Assembly: GCA_051294375.1 (NCBI GenBank) | Contig: CM119264.1 | Coordinates: 11,073,832-11,137,831, forward strand | Reading direction: 5' to 3' | DNA length: 64,000 nucleotides | Source: Paraspadella gotoi | Lineage: Eukaryota > Animalia > Chaetognatha | Shown: piece by piece, positions 24,869 to 39,800 of the stretch | Numbering within the stretch: the first letter of the stretch is position 1 | Layout: every line of letters starts with the position of its first letter | Translations under genes and position numbers: made by a program | Notes under the pieces: generated by a model | What the model was told of the DNA's origin: nothing | The model's input: the letters and a program-made list of their open reading frames with translations, nothing else | Databases searched by the model: none

Positions 24869-27800
24869 TCAAAACGTATGAGCGTTGCGGCAAACACCGC
24901 ATCCTAGCGCAAACTCCTCACCGGTCGGGGGATGTTGAACGTGCAACGGACACTCGTCCCCGTCTAGTTGCACGGCCCGCGGCCCGGCCGGACATCGAGG
25001 GAGATCAGATTTGGAAATGTTAGTTATTCTCTGAAAACGAACCAAGTAAAAAACGTAAAGGAAAAGTAATTTTTACAACGCAAGATCCTGAATAGGTAAA
25101 CTAAACTTTTTTAACGAATGATTCGGCCATTGATTATATTTTCAGCAGCATCTCATTTTTAAGGACATTCATTACTTTTTTATCTAATTTAAAAAAAAAA
25201 ATTTTCGTACCTGAAAGTCGTCGTGGCACGGGTTGCAAAAGTGCGTCGTTCCAAAACAGAAAAAAACGGCCACGGAGCAACAGTATCGGCACTTGTACTC
25301 AAGAAAGTCTGTACCATGCTTGGGACACATCTGAGCGCGAGCGACGTCGGAGCAGCCGCCGCAGACGAGTTCGGTAGGGTCGAACTCGGCGTCAACACCC
25401 GCCTCAAGGTCGCAGCGGGCCTCGCCTCCGTTATAAGCCTTCCCGCACTTGTAGCAGACGTAGTAAGCATAGCGATGCATTGCGTATCCGGTGGGGTCAT
25501 CAAAAAAGCGTGCGCCTGGTGAGAAAGTAATCGTGTTTAACTTTTTTCCCGTTGATCAGAAAAATCGAATAAAAAAACTTGTTCAATGTACACTAATATT
25601 CTTATTACCTCTAGACGTAATTGCCTCACATTTGTCAAGCCCCTCGTACTCCAGCCGCATTAAGGCTTTTCTTTTCACATCCTCCAACAGAAGAGTGATA
25701 GGTTTCAAGAGTTCATCGAGAACGTCGTGGATCATGTCGCTCTTGCAAATCGGGCACTGGCTGAAGCCGAAAGTGATGCGGGGACCGTTCCATCGCCGGG
25801 TCAGAACCGTCCGACAGCAATGAAGATGAAAAATATGATCGCAGCGCAACTTGATGGCAGGCGCTGCTGAGAGAGCCTCGGTAAAGCATATCATACACAT
25901 ATCGTCGGCGTCTTGCTTAATGCCGGAGCGAGAAGAACCGCAGCTATAAAGACAAGGAAGGCAATTTTCTTCGTCGCGAATTCCGCCGCAGAAGTGTCCG
26001 CACGGCTGCGTGCGAACGCAGGCGTTCTGCGCGTGTGAGCGACATTCTTGATCAGAGCAGACTGTTCCGGGGACAGCGGAAAGTAGGCTCGAGGCCGAAG
26101 ACGAGGCTGTTTTGCAAGAACAAAATTTTAATTTTTTCAAATTGATAGGATGACATTAAAAAAATATAAAGAGATTTTCCTAACCACTGGCTATAGTCCC
26201 GCAGAAGCGGCAAGCCGAATGACCCGAACTATGGGTGGCTCCTTTGACACCGGAAAGACCGTAAGGAGAAACTGACGACGGCTCCGCCCGGAATTCCACC
26301 ATAGCTAAAATAAAAATGTTAAACAATAAAACATTGATAGACGAATAGATCAACTGTGTGCTATACAACTATTTTTAATTTTAGTACTAATATTCCTTCT
26401 CAATATTTTCCCCTAATACCTTTCAGTGTCTTAGAATCGGCGAGAGCCATGAGCCAAAAGAGTTTAGTTCTACCGCATCCTTCATGGACGTCGACTCGAA
26501 TTGCCTCCTCTTCTTCTTTGAAAACCTGACGATGATGTTGGCGAGACCGTCGGCTGGAGGGAAGGTAATATGTTAACGAAAGAAATAAAAGCGGAATAAA
26601 TAAATAATTTTCCCCAACCTGAGATGCAAAAATCTGTCGCAGTCGCCGCAGAGATTTCCACACTCGTCGCACGCAATGATGGCTAAGGTTTCGCCGTCGT
26701 CGTGATTGTCGCAAGTGGGTCGCGTCGACGAAGAACCGGCCCCCTTTTCCTCGTCGATGGCGTTGCTCGATGACCCTGTCATGGAGCTGCCCTTTGACGA
26801 AAAGCGGGCAACGTGATCCTGGTTGATGATGCAGAGCGAGGCGAGCGCCAGCCAAAGGGTTCGCGTGCGAACACAAGTTTGGGGGGCCTTATGGTCGTCG
26901 TCGAGGCGCGCCAAGTTAAGAATTGACTCGACGACCGCCGACTTTGCCACGGCGGTCCACGGTTCTGATAGCAGGCCATCGGACATGTCGCGTAAAAGCT
27001 TAACGATTTCCTCGGCCAGCGCAGAGCCTACCGTCCCGTACATCCACCAATGGTGGACGCCCTCGAGGCCGACGCGGCCTTCAAGATCGATCGACTCGAG
27101 ACGTGTTAAAGCGGCGCCGGATTTAGAGGCAGAACCGCCGTTCTTGATCTTGGTCTGCACGGACAGAGCCTTGGCTATGCACCCAAGAAATATGTCCAAT
27201 ATTCCGGGCGCGCCGCTCGACTGTGTTGCTGACTCCTCGGGAGGAAGGGAAGAGGACGAGGAGGTCAGCACGGGCGAGGGAAGCGATGGGATACCAAGGA
27301 CATCAGCGAACTGATGCGGCGGGATGATGGGCAAAACACGCCGAAGAAGCGATACAACTTGGCGTTGAACGCGCGGAGTACCGGCGTGTAGAAGCGCCGC
27401 GAGGTCCTTTAATAAACCAGGATGTTGTTGGGCCAGATACTTTCGGCCGACGGATGAACCACTCAAAGCGAGAACCATGGAGAGGAGTTCGAAACAGTAG
27501 GCATCTGAATCGATAGATCGAGAAAGAGAGTAAGCGGGTGGTGGCTCGCCGGCCGGAGTCGGGTTCGCTAATGAGGCTCCTTGCGAATCTTGCGAAGAAG
27601 AACTCAAGACCACATTGTCTAAGAACGCGTCGTGAATGCTCTTTTCCCAGGCAGTAAAAACACGTGTGGCTTCCTTCCTGATAGATCCCAGAATGTGGGC
27701 GCAAACTTGCTTTTGAAGGTTTGTCAATTTTCCACTGCGGCTGAATAAGATCCCAACCATGTGAGCCCGCAGATCGTGATCTCCTTCAGAGTTAGACTCA

Positions 27801-30800
27801 ACGGGCAAGTCAGAGCCCGTCTCCACGGCAGAACCCGCCACTCCTGTATTGATGGATGCGGCAGGGGGTGCCGACTGGTCGGATGATCCCGCGGGGGCCA
27901 CAGCGGATCGGCGTCGGGAGGCAGTGTTGTTATCCGTGATAAGTTTTCCAAATACTTGCGAAGTAAGGAGTCGGAAAACACGAAGAGTCTCTGCCTCACA
28001 GGACTGCCGTTGAAAGCATATAGGATTAACGACTGGCTCGGCGATTTGGTCCGGAGGTAGCGAGAGGTATTCGCCCAGTGCTTTTATCTGGCGAACTCGA
28101 AGGCTGTTATCTGGACCCTTGAGCTCGATCTTGACCGCGTTGACTGTTTCCGCCCGAGTCACGTGACAACGAATCCATCCCACGTGACGAGAATCGATCT
28201 CGGTCGCTTGAATCTTGGCTACTTCTTCGAGCGAGGTTCCCGCGAAAAAAGTCACGTTAGAAACTTTGTTTGACACATCGCGAGTGTTGTCGATGTGAAG
28301 GAAAACGTGGTAAATAAGAGAGTTTGGGGAAAGAGCCATTGAAATCGATTTTGATCGGTTCCTAGAAAGAAAACGTGGTTGAGATTTAGTATAAACTTCC
28401 TATCCGGAAAATTAACTATGTATATTTTACAATAATTACCGATCCTCTTCTCCGCTTTCCCAAAAAGTCTCCGTGGAGTTGTCAGTCAACGAAGCAATCA
28501 TAGCTTGACGACTGGAAGCTTTGACCTCAGCGGTTCGCGTCAAATCCTGAAGAATTTTAACTTCAACCGCTGAGGATTCGGAAACCTTTGCCGCGACGTC
28601 TTCAACAGCTTTGTTTCTTCCTTTGCCCTTTTTCCTCTTGGGCGAAGGCGCCGAAGCTCCCGCAGGAACAGCCACTACACCTGTCTCCGACGTACCATCC
28701 CAGCCCTCCTCTGATTTGGACAGTATCTGCGAGATGTTATTAAAGACATGGCTGTGATGGAGAAAAGCGTGGTCGGCCGGTTGAAAGTTAAGCGCCCACA
28801 TTCTCATCATCATCTTCTGCAGCGGTCCGCCAGAGGGAACATGCATCATTACATCCGCAACGGTCTGCAAAACCGCATGAAAGGATGCTCGCAGCGGGTG
28901 GGTAGCGTCACCCGCGATAAAGATGTCGTTCAACGGATGCTCGGAGACGTTGTGGATGTCGTCGTCAGTCATGAGAGCCGCAAATATATCGATCGCCGCT
29001 TTAGAATCCAATTGCTTACGATTATTGGAGGACTGATGTTGCTGCGGTTGTTGCAAAGCGGCGTCGACGGCATCGCTCGCAGAAGGGATGTCGAGTTTTG
29101 GCGATGGCGAGCGAGTTAGCGCCGAAACGATGTGCCAAACGATGTCGTGAAGGCTGGTAGACTGCGTGACGACTCGTAGGAGCCAGTTAAATGCTTGCAA
29201 AGCGAAAACCCGGCAAGAGGATTTTCGAATGGCTTGCTTCATCGCCAGAGAAAGGCCATCAAGGTCGTGGCGCTGAACGACAAATTTGATGACTGGAAGG
29301 GCGAAAACCCAATCGAGGGACGAGGGCCGCTCCGTTGCCGAGAGAGAAGCAGAAGAGGACTCTCCCACTGGAGAGTCCGAAGGTTCGACGAAGTTGCGAT
29401 GATTACGTGAGCGATTTATGAGTTTGGTCATGGCAAGGGAAGGATGGCGAAGCAATGACGCAGTAGCAAAGTCGTTAAGGTTTCCCATCACCGGAGACAT
29501 GATTCCTGAAAACAAAATAAATCTTTATAAAAGCTTGATAAAAATGAAAGCTGAAAAATCATTGCAAATATAGATTCTACTTTCAATTATTGTAAATTTC
29601 GAAGCGACTTACCAGAAAGAGGCGATTCATCTTTTATGGTTTGACTGGAGGAGGGCCTGCCCTGACTAGACTCGATGGAGGTCGATCTTGCGAAGCTTCC
29701 GTGCAGATCCTTGTTCGACGCAAAGACTTGGGGAGGCGACAGAATCGAGCCACCTCTAGAAGAAGACGTCGAGGGCAAGGCTTGGGACAAGGGGCGAGGG
29801 GTGGGTGATGCAGAGGATCCACTCGCAGAGGGTCGATGAGCGGCGTCTTGGCATTCGATCGAGTGTCGATTCGAATGGAAATTAGTCTGAGTCGACGCCG
29901 GTGACGATACCGACACGGCCGCTGCACCGACCGACGTCTCGCCAGATGCGGACATGGAGCCAGCGGCGCCGCGGACGCCGCGCATCTCTCGCATCAATTC
30001 TTCGCTCAAAGTCATGTCGTCGTCTTCGTTGAGGCCGCGCATCAGCAGAAAGTTGCAACGGATATTGGGGAAGATGGAACAAGGGAATTCCGAAGCGGTA
30101 AGACTAAGAAGAAGAAAAAATGAATTTAAGTATATATCATTTTTGAAATAAAAAATATTATTGTATAAGGAAGGAACTTTTGATACAACCAAGAATGAGA
30201 TTGAGTTCATCAATCTCATTTGTATTATTGTCGTATTGACATTGACTTGTCATAAATTCTGTTCCTGTGTCATTTCATGTTACAATAGAAAATAGACATT
30301 GTCATTAATTCGACGAGAAAATTTACGATTACAAGATCGGTAGGCATTGTCGTATAATTTATAAATTAAAAGATCTTTTGTAATTTGTAAGGAACAAACA
30401 TTATCAAACGAGTACCACATTATCAAGTAACCGGCATTTTTTTAAAAAGAAAAACCGTTTATAATGTTTAACAAAAAAATACCCGTTTTCCGGAGAGATC
30501 AATCCGTTCGGTGTTGTTTCATTCCTCCTTGCAAGCAGTGCCACTGGTGACGGCGTCAAAACAGACGACGGCGTGGAAGACTGCGACGGGGACGTCGACT
30601 CTTGAACGGAGGGCAATAGCATGGCCTCGAAGTCGTTACCGACGCTCATTGACGGCTGAAAAAGGGAAGCGCTTCTTCCGACGTTGAAGGCGTTGCCCGC
30701 GGTCGAGTGAAGAGGAGTTAATCTCCCGGCCACGCCGCCGCCGCTGGCGACGAGAGTTTGTGGACTGGGTGTACTGCAAGACGGAGGCAAAGCTGGTCCG

Positions 30801-33800
30801 TGGGAAGGAGTCAGTTCCAGCAAAAACATTGCGTTTTGCTTCATGAGGTGATGAGGTTCTGAGAAAGAATCGGGCGAAAGCAGAGTCACTACCGAAGTCG
30901 GCTCTTCGACCTGACCTGCGCTGAGATAAGAGTTACGAGAGGGACGTTGCGGCCGCGATCGCTCCGGCACAGATTTCGACGCCGCCGATCGTTTTTTGTT
31001 CCGTTTTCCCTTTTCTCCTTTAAAAACATTTCGCTTTTCTCTGAGATATTTTTCGCGACATCGATCGCAGATGAGGTACCAGCTGTTTCCGCCACAACCG
31101 CCTTCGCCGCAATTGCCCGCCCAGCCGCCGCAAAAGTTTCCACCACTGTTGTAACCCTGGCCGCCGGCGTGGCGGCCGCAACCGGGATGAGCTGTTCTCA
31201 TATGGTAAGTTACGGGATGAGGGAACGCGCCGCCGCAAAGTTCGCAGGATTCCTTCTGGGAGTTGGACTTCGCTTTGGCGCCAACAGAGTTGTCGCCGTT
31301 TCCTCCGGCACTCTCCCACATCGGCATCGCCGCTTCCCCAAATAAATTTCCCCTAGGGGCGCCGGGACCGGCCAGAGCCGAGGACCCCAACCCAAAATGT
31401 AATTTGCCTGAATGAAAAAAAAAAAATAGGAAATTTTCCAAAAACATATTAATTAATTAATTAATTAATTTAGACTTTAGTAAACTGTTAAAACATATGA
31501 TCACCGAGAAAGCCTTTAAGTGCAGCCGCGTTGTTTTCTCGCTTTTTCTTCGTCCGTTTGTCGTCGGACTTGGAATCACCGCGCGATCTTCCTATTTCGA
31601 TTAATGATTTTAATCGATTTTTTCCTGGAAACAAATATGTTCGCGAAAGGTAAACAAAAAAATAGAGAACTAGAAAACTATACAAACATTGAAAAACAAT
31701 ATTACAAGCGTACGTACCATTTCTTGAAACGTTCCCTTTGGTAGGAGACATGAGAAAAGGCGAGGGAACAAGGGCTTGCGAGGAGACGCGATCCGTGGTT
31801 AAAATTATTTCGTTAAACAGTTGCACAAGATGATGAAGCACAGGAGGAAGATTGCTGCATCGCGGAACATCACTGTTGAATAAAAGATAAATAAATAAAG
31901 GGGAAAAATAACACTGAGAAATAAAAACAAACCTGCCGAAGCGGACTGGTTTATCTTTGATTGTATTTGCCGAAGAGGTTTCGTTTGAATCCAGCCCGCT
32001 AACAAATTCCAGCGTTTCGCTTTCGCTTTTATGAGACCGGGACCTGAAAATTGTAATATAACGACGCTGCTAATTTTTTTTTGAAATTCCGAAAACTGAA
32101 ATATATCATTGATGGAGATGGAATCGTAAACAGGAATCTCCAAAGACTCCGAACTTTCCGACATGAGATTATTCATTGATATTCATTGTTTATTCATTGT
32201 TTATTCATAATTGTTTCATTACTTATTTTCCCTTTCATTGGCATCGCCCACATCATTCATCCTCCAACAACATCTTAATTATTTATATATTTATATTGCC
32301 GGTATATTTAAGCTTAAATTTTATCTCTCTCTCTCATTCTCTCTCTATTTATAAATACTATATAATATAAACCTTAAACCACCAAAGCCTGTCCAAAGTC
32401 AGGGGCAAGATAGCTTATTTATTAAATGAATGGATAATTTTTATATTGGTTGTACCAATTTCATAATATAATATATTTTGTAATCAGTGAATAATTCTTT
32501 AATTTAAAGATATATGAAAGGCTATTTAATATTTATACTCACTTGGATTTGCTTTTTCCTTCTTTCTTTAGTGCGACTTCGTTCTTGTTAGTCTTCAGTA
32601 CGAGACTCGCCGATGGAGGCCAGTTTTCGCTTACTGACCGCAATCTCGTCACCGGGCCATCTGCAGCATCTCCGACGTCTCCACGTTGGTCTGGGACCCG
32701 CGAACGTTTATCAGTTGGCTTTGAAAGGTTGGGGTGAAATTTAAGGAACGTGGCGCAGGCCATGGCGTCATGAACAAGACCTTCGTGCCAGAGAAACGCG
32801 GCAAAAACGGCGCGCTGACACTCGGCCTTAGATGGGGTAAGCGCCTTTTCAATAATTTCTTTCAGCGGCAAACCGGAGAAGGTGCCGGTATCGTCCCCTG
32901 ACGGGCAAGTTCTATCACCGGCAGACCCACGAGACGGATGTCCGCCGGAGGTGATGTGGGAGTGGCGATGAGAGTGTTGTGACCTGATCTTCCCATTTGC
33001 GGTAGATGAGCGAGTTCCGACGGCTTGCGTTCGTTCGCTGCGGCGATGGTGCTTGGGGGATGATCGAGGACGCAAAGTCGACGGGGCTGCATCTCCGTTC
33101 GGCGTTCGCTCATCCCTGGAACTCACGGCGCCAATCGTTGGCGACGAAGAAGGGAAAATAATCGATGCCTTCCCTGCTGAAGCGCCGGCGGCGTCGATAG
33201 GTCCGCCTTCGTTGATCATCGACAAGGATGAATTGACGACGGGACTCGAGGATAACGATCGTTTGCCTCCAGAGGGCGAGGGGGGATGCGAGTTAGAGGC
33301 AAGTGGGGATTCGCGTCGAGGCGAAACGGGGGTGAGAATTGGAGACGACCCACCGCGGGGAGAAAGACTTTCCCTCCTTTTAGCCCCTCCGGAAGCATAG
33401 GCGTTGATCGACGGGGATTTTGGGTGGGCGCCACTCGGGGATTCGCTGCGAGACCCTAGTCGGTCCCGCGGAGTCCCCGGGGGCGTACGCGAGGGCGTAC
33501 CCGGCGGTGTGACGCCGTTACCGTTAGCCCGTGATTCACCCAGAGCTTTGACAAGCTCTTTGACGGAAACGCCGTGTAGTTCTGGAGGAATGTCCTTGGA
33601 AAGACTTTCTTTGCGGTTGGGCAACTCTGGGGGTAGCGGTTGTGGAGAAGAACAAGTTGAATCGCCGTCTGATTCGTGGGAGGACATATCGTGACCATAA
33701 GGACATCTACCGACGGCGGCGCTTCTAGGAAAACGAAAAAAGAATTGGAATCCCCGAAAATTTATATCATAAATGAATCATAAAGCTCCTATTTTTTATA

Positions 33801-36800
33801 TATTTTTCCTATTTTTAAAAAAGCTTGCGAACGTACCTTTTTACATCCTGTTCCTCCTCGTTTGGAACGTTGCTGTAATGGTTCGTTTCGTCGGCAAATG
33901 GAACCGAAACTGGAGGATGAAATGGTTTGTTCCTATCTGATTCAAGAATAGATATGTGACGGCTAAATGGCGTGAAGGCTGCCCCCGTCACAAAAGTACC
34001 CCTCGCAGCTTCGAACGGGGAAAAGACGCCAGGAGTGCGGACAGCCACCGATTCACTCTCGCTAGCTAAATACGTCAATTGATTAGCAGCGCTCCTGGCT
34101 AATGACCAAGCGTCGACTTCTGTAGTGTGGCAGAAACGGGCGGCGGAGGCAGGGTCCAAACGAACCCAAGTTCCTTCCAGATTGATGACCTCTTCAACGA
34201 CTCGAACAGAATTCCCTAAAACCAACATGCCGATTGGGCTAGCTTTAAGCGATGGTCTACTTCGGACGTTGTGACCTGAAGATCCGCATTTGATGACAAA
34301 AAAGTTTCCAGGGATTCGAGGACCCATTGGCGGAGGTGGTGGAGTTTGGGGTGGCGGGAGTCCATTAATGCCAATGTTTGTGTACACGACCCCGCCAAAA
34401 GCCGCTGGGCCGGGAGATGACATAATTTGTAGAGGGGATGCGTAAGCATTGAGTTCCATTGGCTGCGTCGCATCGACATCTGATGAGGGGTCAGACGAAT
34501 TAAGTTTCTCGAACCCTTTATCGGCCGAAATCTCTAGGGAATCTTCAACCGGAATCAAAAAGTTTTTGCCAGTGTGTTGATTATGTTGCAAAACCCAGGC
34601 CTCAGATGGCAAAGTACCGCCGTTTCCCGCATGGCACTTCCGGCATCCGCCCTTCCACTTGACCTTTTTGCCATCGCCTCCGTTCGTCCCTTTGACCTCG
34701 CGTCGGGGACAAAATTTTCGAGTGGAATCGGCATTGAGACGCAACCATACTCCGTCATCGTTATGAACCTCCTCGACGAAAGAAAGCACGTCATCAATGT
34801 GAACGACGCCGATCTGCTCAGCTTGAAGTGAAGGTGCAACGCGGAGTCTCAGACCGGAACTGTAGTCGGCGCGAAAGGAAAGGAGTCGCTTGGAATGATG
34901 AAGCATAGTCCGAGTCTGACTCCGACCGCCGTCAAAGCGAGGAGAGAAGAATCCATAGGGATATTTAGCGGATGAGGCAGCGAGGGAGAGACCATAGGCC
35001 CGGGGAGCTTCCTTAACTTCGACACGCTGAACTTCGCCCATGGGGCAACCATCGATGCGAACTCTAATTTCGTAGAGGCCCACACTTGCCGGGGTCCAAC
35101 CCGCAGCGAAGGTGCCGTCATTGTTGGCGCTTACGAGCATCTTCTCCGAAGGTCTTTTGACCGGCGGTGTCGCGTAGCGCAGTTCTTCGAAGGAGTAGTT
35201 TTCGTAATGCTTCATGATGCAGATGGCTGAATAGGACATCTTGTCCTTGACAGTAACCTCGTAGGGAACGTCCAAATTCGGCGCGGGATGGCCGCCGTAG
35301 GTCATGTTGGACTGCAAAGCGCCGCCTGAAGAATCAGTAGCTAACGGACTTTGAAGCTGAATGTCAGGGTTGTTAGCAGACGAAAGACTGTCATTCTGGG
35401 GACTATGCGCGAGAAACTCAAGAGGAGTTAGCGGCGTAGAGCCGACGGCCGCCGATGACGGGGTTGAGTCTTTCCTTTCGATGGGAACTGCCTGAAGGTC
35501 CACCTTAAGACCGGGGGCGTTGGCCACGGCTCCCCGCTGATCCTTTGTAATAAGAGTGATGGTCGTCGGCCATCCACACTTAAGATCATCTCGGTTATCG
35601 AACGAAATTTCGCACAGACGAGTATCGATGTAAGACTCCGGCTGCAGCCACTGAGCCAATCGGCCGCCCGATGTGACAGGCGAGCACGCAACAAAATCTT
35701 GAAGAAACATACGCTCTGTTGTATGGCCGGCGAAAGGGATGACGCCTTCGAGGGCTTGAGCGATATTCGGTGGATTAGCGAGTAAGAAACCCTTGGACAA
35801 AAGAGGCTGATTATTGCCAAAAGTCTGTTGCGCCGCCTCATCAAGACTTTCCAGGTCCTCTTCCACCTCCGCCACCAGAGATGGAGGCAAAATAAGATCT
35901 GCCTTGAGGAGCGAGGATGCACAGGTGCTGGCCAAGTAAGTCACTTCGCGTTCGAGAGTGGACAGGCCCGAGTTGCCTCCAGAGTCAGGACAAAGGGCCC
36001 GACCGTCGAATCCCGTGACGACGCAATGAAAGCCAAACTCTCCGGACTTACGTTCTTCTTTCACATAGTCCGATGCCGTCTCTAAAGTAAAGCCGATTGC
36101 GTGACCGGGGACGACGACTGCGGACGTTGGCCAACCAGATTTCCCGGAAAACTTCCTAAATGGCGGGGATTGATCCGAATTGGCAGACGCAGCCTCGGTG
36201 GAGATAGAAACAACGAGGGTGTCCTCGGCCTGGGCGGTAGCACATCGATGGTCGAATTCTAAGGTCATCCACTGTAAAAAGCGGGGAAAGATTATAAAGT
36301 AATTTTCTATAAAATATCGCGGATTTTTCCTAACCTGAACGGAGGTAGGAAATTGAACTTGATAATTAGACACTGTAGCCGGTTTGTAGGGATGGTCGGA
36401 CTCAACGACAGCGTAATGATATCCAGTTGTTGACAGTTCTTCTTGAGAATCTGGGCGACGATTTGAGTTTCGACGCTTCATGTTAAACTCGGCAAGAAGA
36501 GGGAGCAATTCCTGATTAAAATTAGGATTTTACAAAGATTTTTCTTTCAGAAATTTACACAATTCTGTCAAAATATTGTAAATTATTTAAAATTACGCCA
36601 TTTTTATACCTGCACCAAGGTGAGAACTTGAACTGAAGCCCGGGCGTCCTGTGCCGCGACCGGTCCGAGATGCGCGAGAACCATCGGAAGTAATGACGAA
36701 AAGAGGTGTGCGTCGTCGACGAGGTCACAAATGCAAGATTCGAAAGACGAGGCATCCCCCGTCGAGTCAGAGTTTCCCGGGGGAGACAGCACGGACGAAG

Positions 36801-39800
36801 CCTCCAGCAATATTCGACAGGCAGACTGAAGAGCACAAGTTAAAGACCGAAATGATTTCAGATGTTCAGGAATCAAAAAACGAATGAAAATCAATGCAAC
36901 ACCTGCACAATGGATGACATAATGGATAAAACGGTTCGACGAGCCACCAGTTCTTGCAACGCCTTCGACGAGTACAGCGAAAATTCAGACACTGACGTGG
37001 CCGTCGGTAAGGTGCCGATGATGGCGGCGCCGCCGAGTTCCAACGATGGAAGAACGTTGTAGTAAAGTATGTGCGGAATCTGACCTCTGAGGGGGCAAAA
37101 TCGAATCATTGCAGTTAATGCAGTTATGAAGGAATTAATTGTGTTTCACTACCTGGTATGATTTGTCCCATTCGTGCTGAGAGAGCAGGGGCTGAAGCTA
37201 AAGACAACACCGTCGAGACACTTAACCGTTGGCATCCCGCCGTCGCCGCTCAATGTTCGACCGCCAAAGTTTCTCAGTCTGACGGCATACTTAATGCCTT
37301 CTTTTAAAGTCGTTGGTCTATCGAGTTTTAGTTCTGCGATATCGTTAACGCAATCCTCGGGACCGAATGATCCCTTTGTGGACTCCAATGTGTTCCACCT
37401 TTGGCTGTGAGTCAGAGTCTCCGCAACTGAGGTGCCCGCATCTTGATCGGCGGGATGTTCGTTCAGAAATTCGAGCAGCTCCAGTTCATACTCGTAGTGC
37501 GTGACGCCACCATAAACTCCAAAACCAGCGATGACGACACCACCCTGATTGACCTGCGAATTATAAAAGTAACTAATGATTTCTTGGAGAAACAAATTAA
37601 ATATATACTCATGTTCGAAATTTTGATAAAAAGTATATATAAAGTTATCATAAGATTTAAATTGACAGATCCCTGGCTTTAATAAATAATATTTTTTACT
37701 AAATTTTTGCGACAATGATGGACTATGATTTTAGAATTTTTAATGATTAAACTTCATCCTTAATTTGTACTGTAAACTGCGAAATATTGACTGGCCCCAA
37801 CAAACGAATTATTCAGCTTCAAACAAAATACTTTCGAAAAACTTGCTAACCTTTGAGGACTAGGAATCGGTATAATATATTTTCTTATCCTTGAAGTCGT
37901 TAGGTCAAGAGAGTTAAAATTAAACCGAAATCTACACTCCACATGCGATATTTGTATGAATCTAAGTCATTTGTTTCCAGTTCATGTCCAAATTAAAACA
38001 AATATGCAAGCAAAATTTAATTAGTCAGTACTACCCAACCTGAAAACAGACAGCATCGGGAGATCCATTGCCCGTGTTCCACGACCTGGCAGGGGACGTC
38101 CGTGAAAACCTTGAAGGCGTCGCCAAAAGCGGGCTTCTCGTGGACGAAGCCATGTCTTGGCCTCCGGGACCGGTACCAGAAGTCAAGCCGGATGCCATGT
38201 GGCATAACTCAGCAACCTAATAATAGCGGATAGCGTCGTTCCGTTCAAATACATAAAGCTTATTACTTTTGGTAATATTGTAACCTTAACTAAGGCAGCA
38301 TTAATTAATCGACTTTGATCCCCGCTAACGTTCGCAAACAAAAATAAGCTTACCAAACACGACAAAAGCGACCCGGTGTTAGAGACGAGCGGTGTATTGA
38401 GTTCCTGAGATAAAGTCTGCATCTGGGATGGAAATAACAAGCCTTGCCCGAATTGCTTGAGAACCGTCGAGAGCGGGTGAGTGAGGAGCTTCAGGAGTTT
38501 GTGAAGGACCTCGTGAAAGGAGTCTACGCCCATGAGCGAATTGATAGCCGGGAAGGAGGCGATGTTGTAGCTGGAGCACCTCCCCGCCCCGACACCGAAT
38601 TCGGCGCGAGAGTTCATTTGCGCCACCAAAAGTGGATTTCGATGCTGCTCGCCGCCGCGGAAGGGAAACTGAAAAAAAGTACAGCTGATTGCGACAAGAG
38701 CTTCGACATTAAACTTGAGGGAAAATGGTTTCATACTTGAGCAACGGAAGAAGTTAATTGTTTTCCGTCCCTCGACTTCGGAGGAAGCCCTTTCGTGGCG
38801 CCTCCTGAGGCGGTGGCCGCAGCCGACGATGCAGCCGAGGCGAAATTTTCTTCCTCATCGCCGCTAAAACCACTGAGCCGATGGAAGGAATAAGATCGAT
38901 ACTCACGACGCATCAGATCCTGTTCCAAAAAGACGACGATTAACACGAAATTTTAAAATTAACCAAGTAAATTTTCATGAAGAACCTGGTGTTGCTGATT
39001 GAGAGTCAGTATTTCCATACCGTTGTCCGTCTTAAGATGAATAGGCATTATAGCGGTCAACTTTATAAACGGCTGACACAAGCTCTCCATCACTGCAGCG
39101 AGTAACCGACCTTGACCTGTTAAAACGTTTAATAATACTCCAAAGAGGAAAGAAACTAATCATAACTAATTAAAACTTATGATTTGTAAAAGATCACAAG
39201 GACTAATGCAGTTAAGCTAAAACACAAATATAGACCTGATAATTCTCCCGCCGCTTCTGGGTGATCGGCCAAGGAAGCGTTGAATCCGTGGGCTTCCAGG
39301 TAGGACAGCAAATTGCAGAGCGACGCCCATTTCAAAATAGACGTGGGGTAAAAAGCGTGGAAGCAAGAAACGAACGTTGCGTGGCATTCTCTATTTTTTC
39401 AAAAAAGGAAGAGTAAGCGGTAGGTAAAACATTTCTAAAAAATAATTTGACTAATTCAACTTTGCGTTATAAATATAATTCTTTCTTTTTCGTTGTTATG
39501 AGATTTAGAGAAAAGTTTGAAATGTTTTTTTCATAAACTCTTAACACTGATGAAGGCTTGAATTGTTAGCCGAAACATGGCCGTTTTTCTCTATGAAAAA
39601 TAAAAATCGATGACGAACTAGAAAACATATTTCAATTTTTTTTCTAAGACTATTTAAACAAAAACTATTTCTCGAAACAAACCTTATAATGACGTCGACA
39701 AAATCGACGTACTGAGGGAGATCGGCCTGGCGCAACCACGCCTGACGACGCGTGGGTGATATGCGTGGTTGTTGAGAAGAGAGTATTTTCTGGAGTAAGG

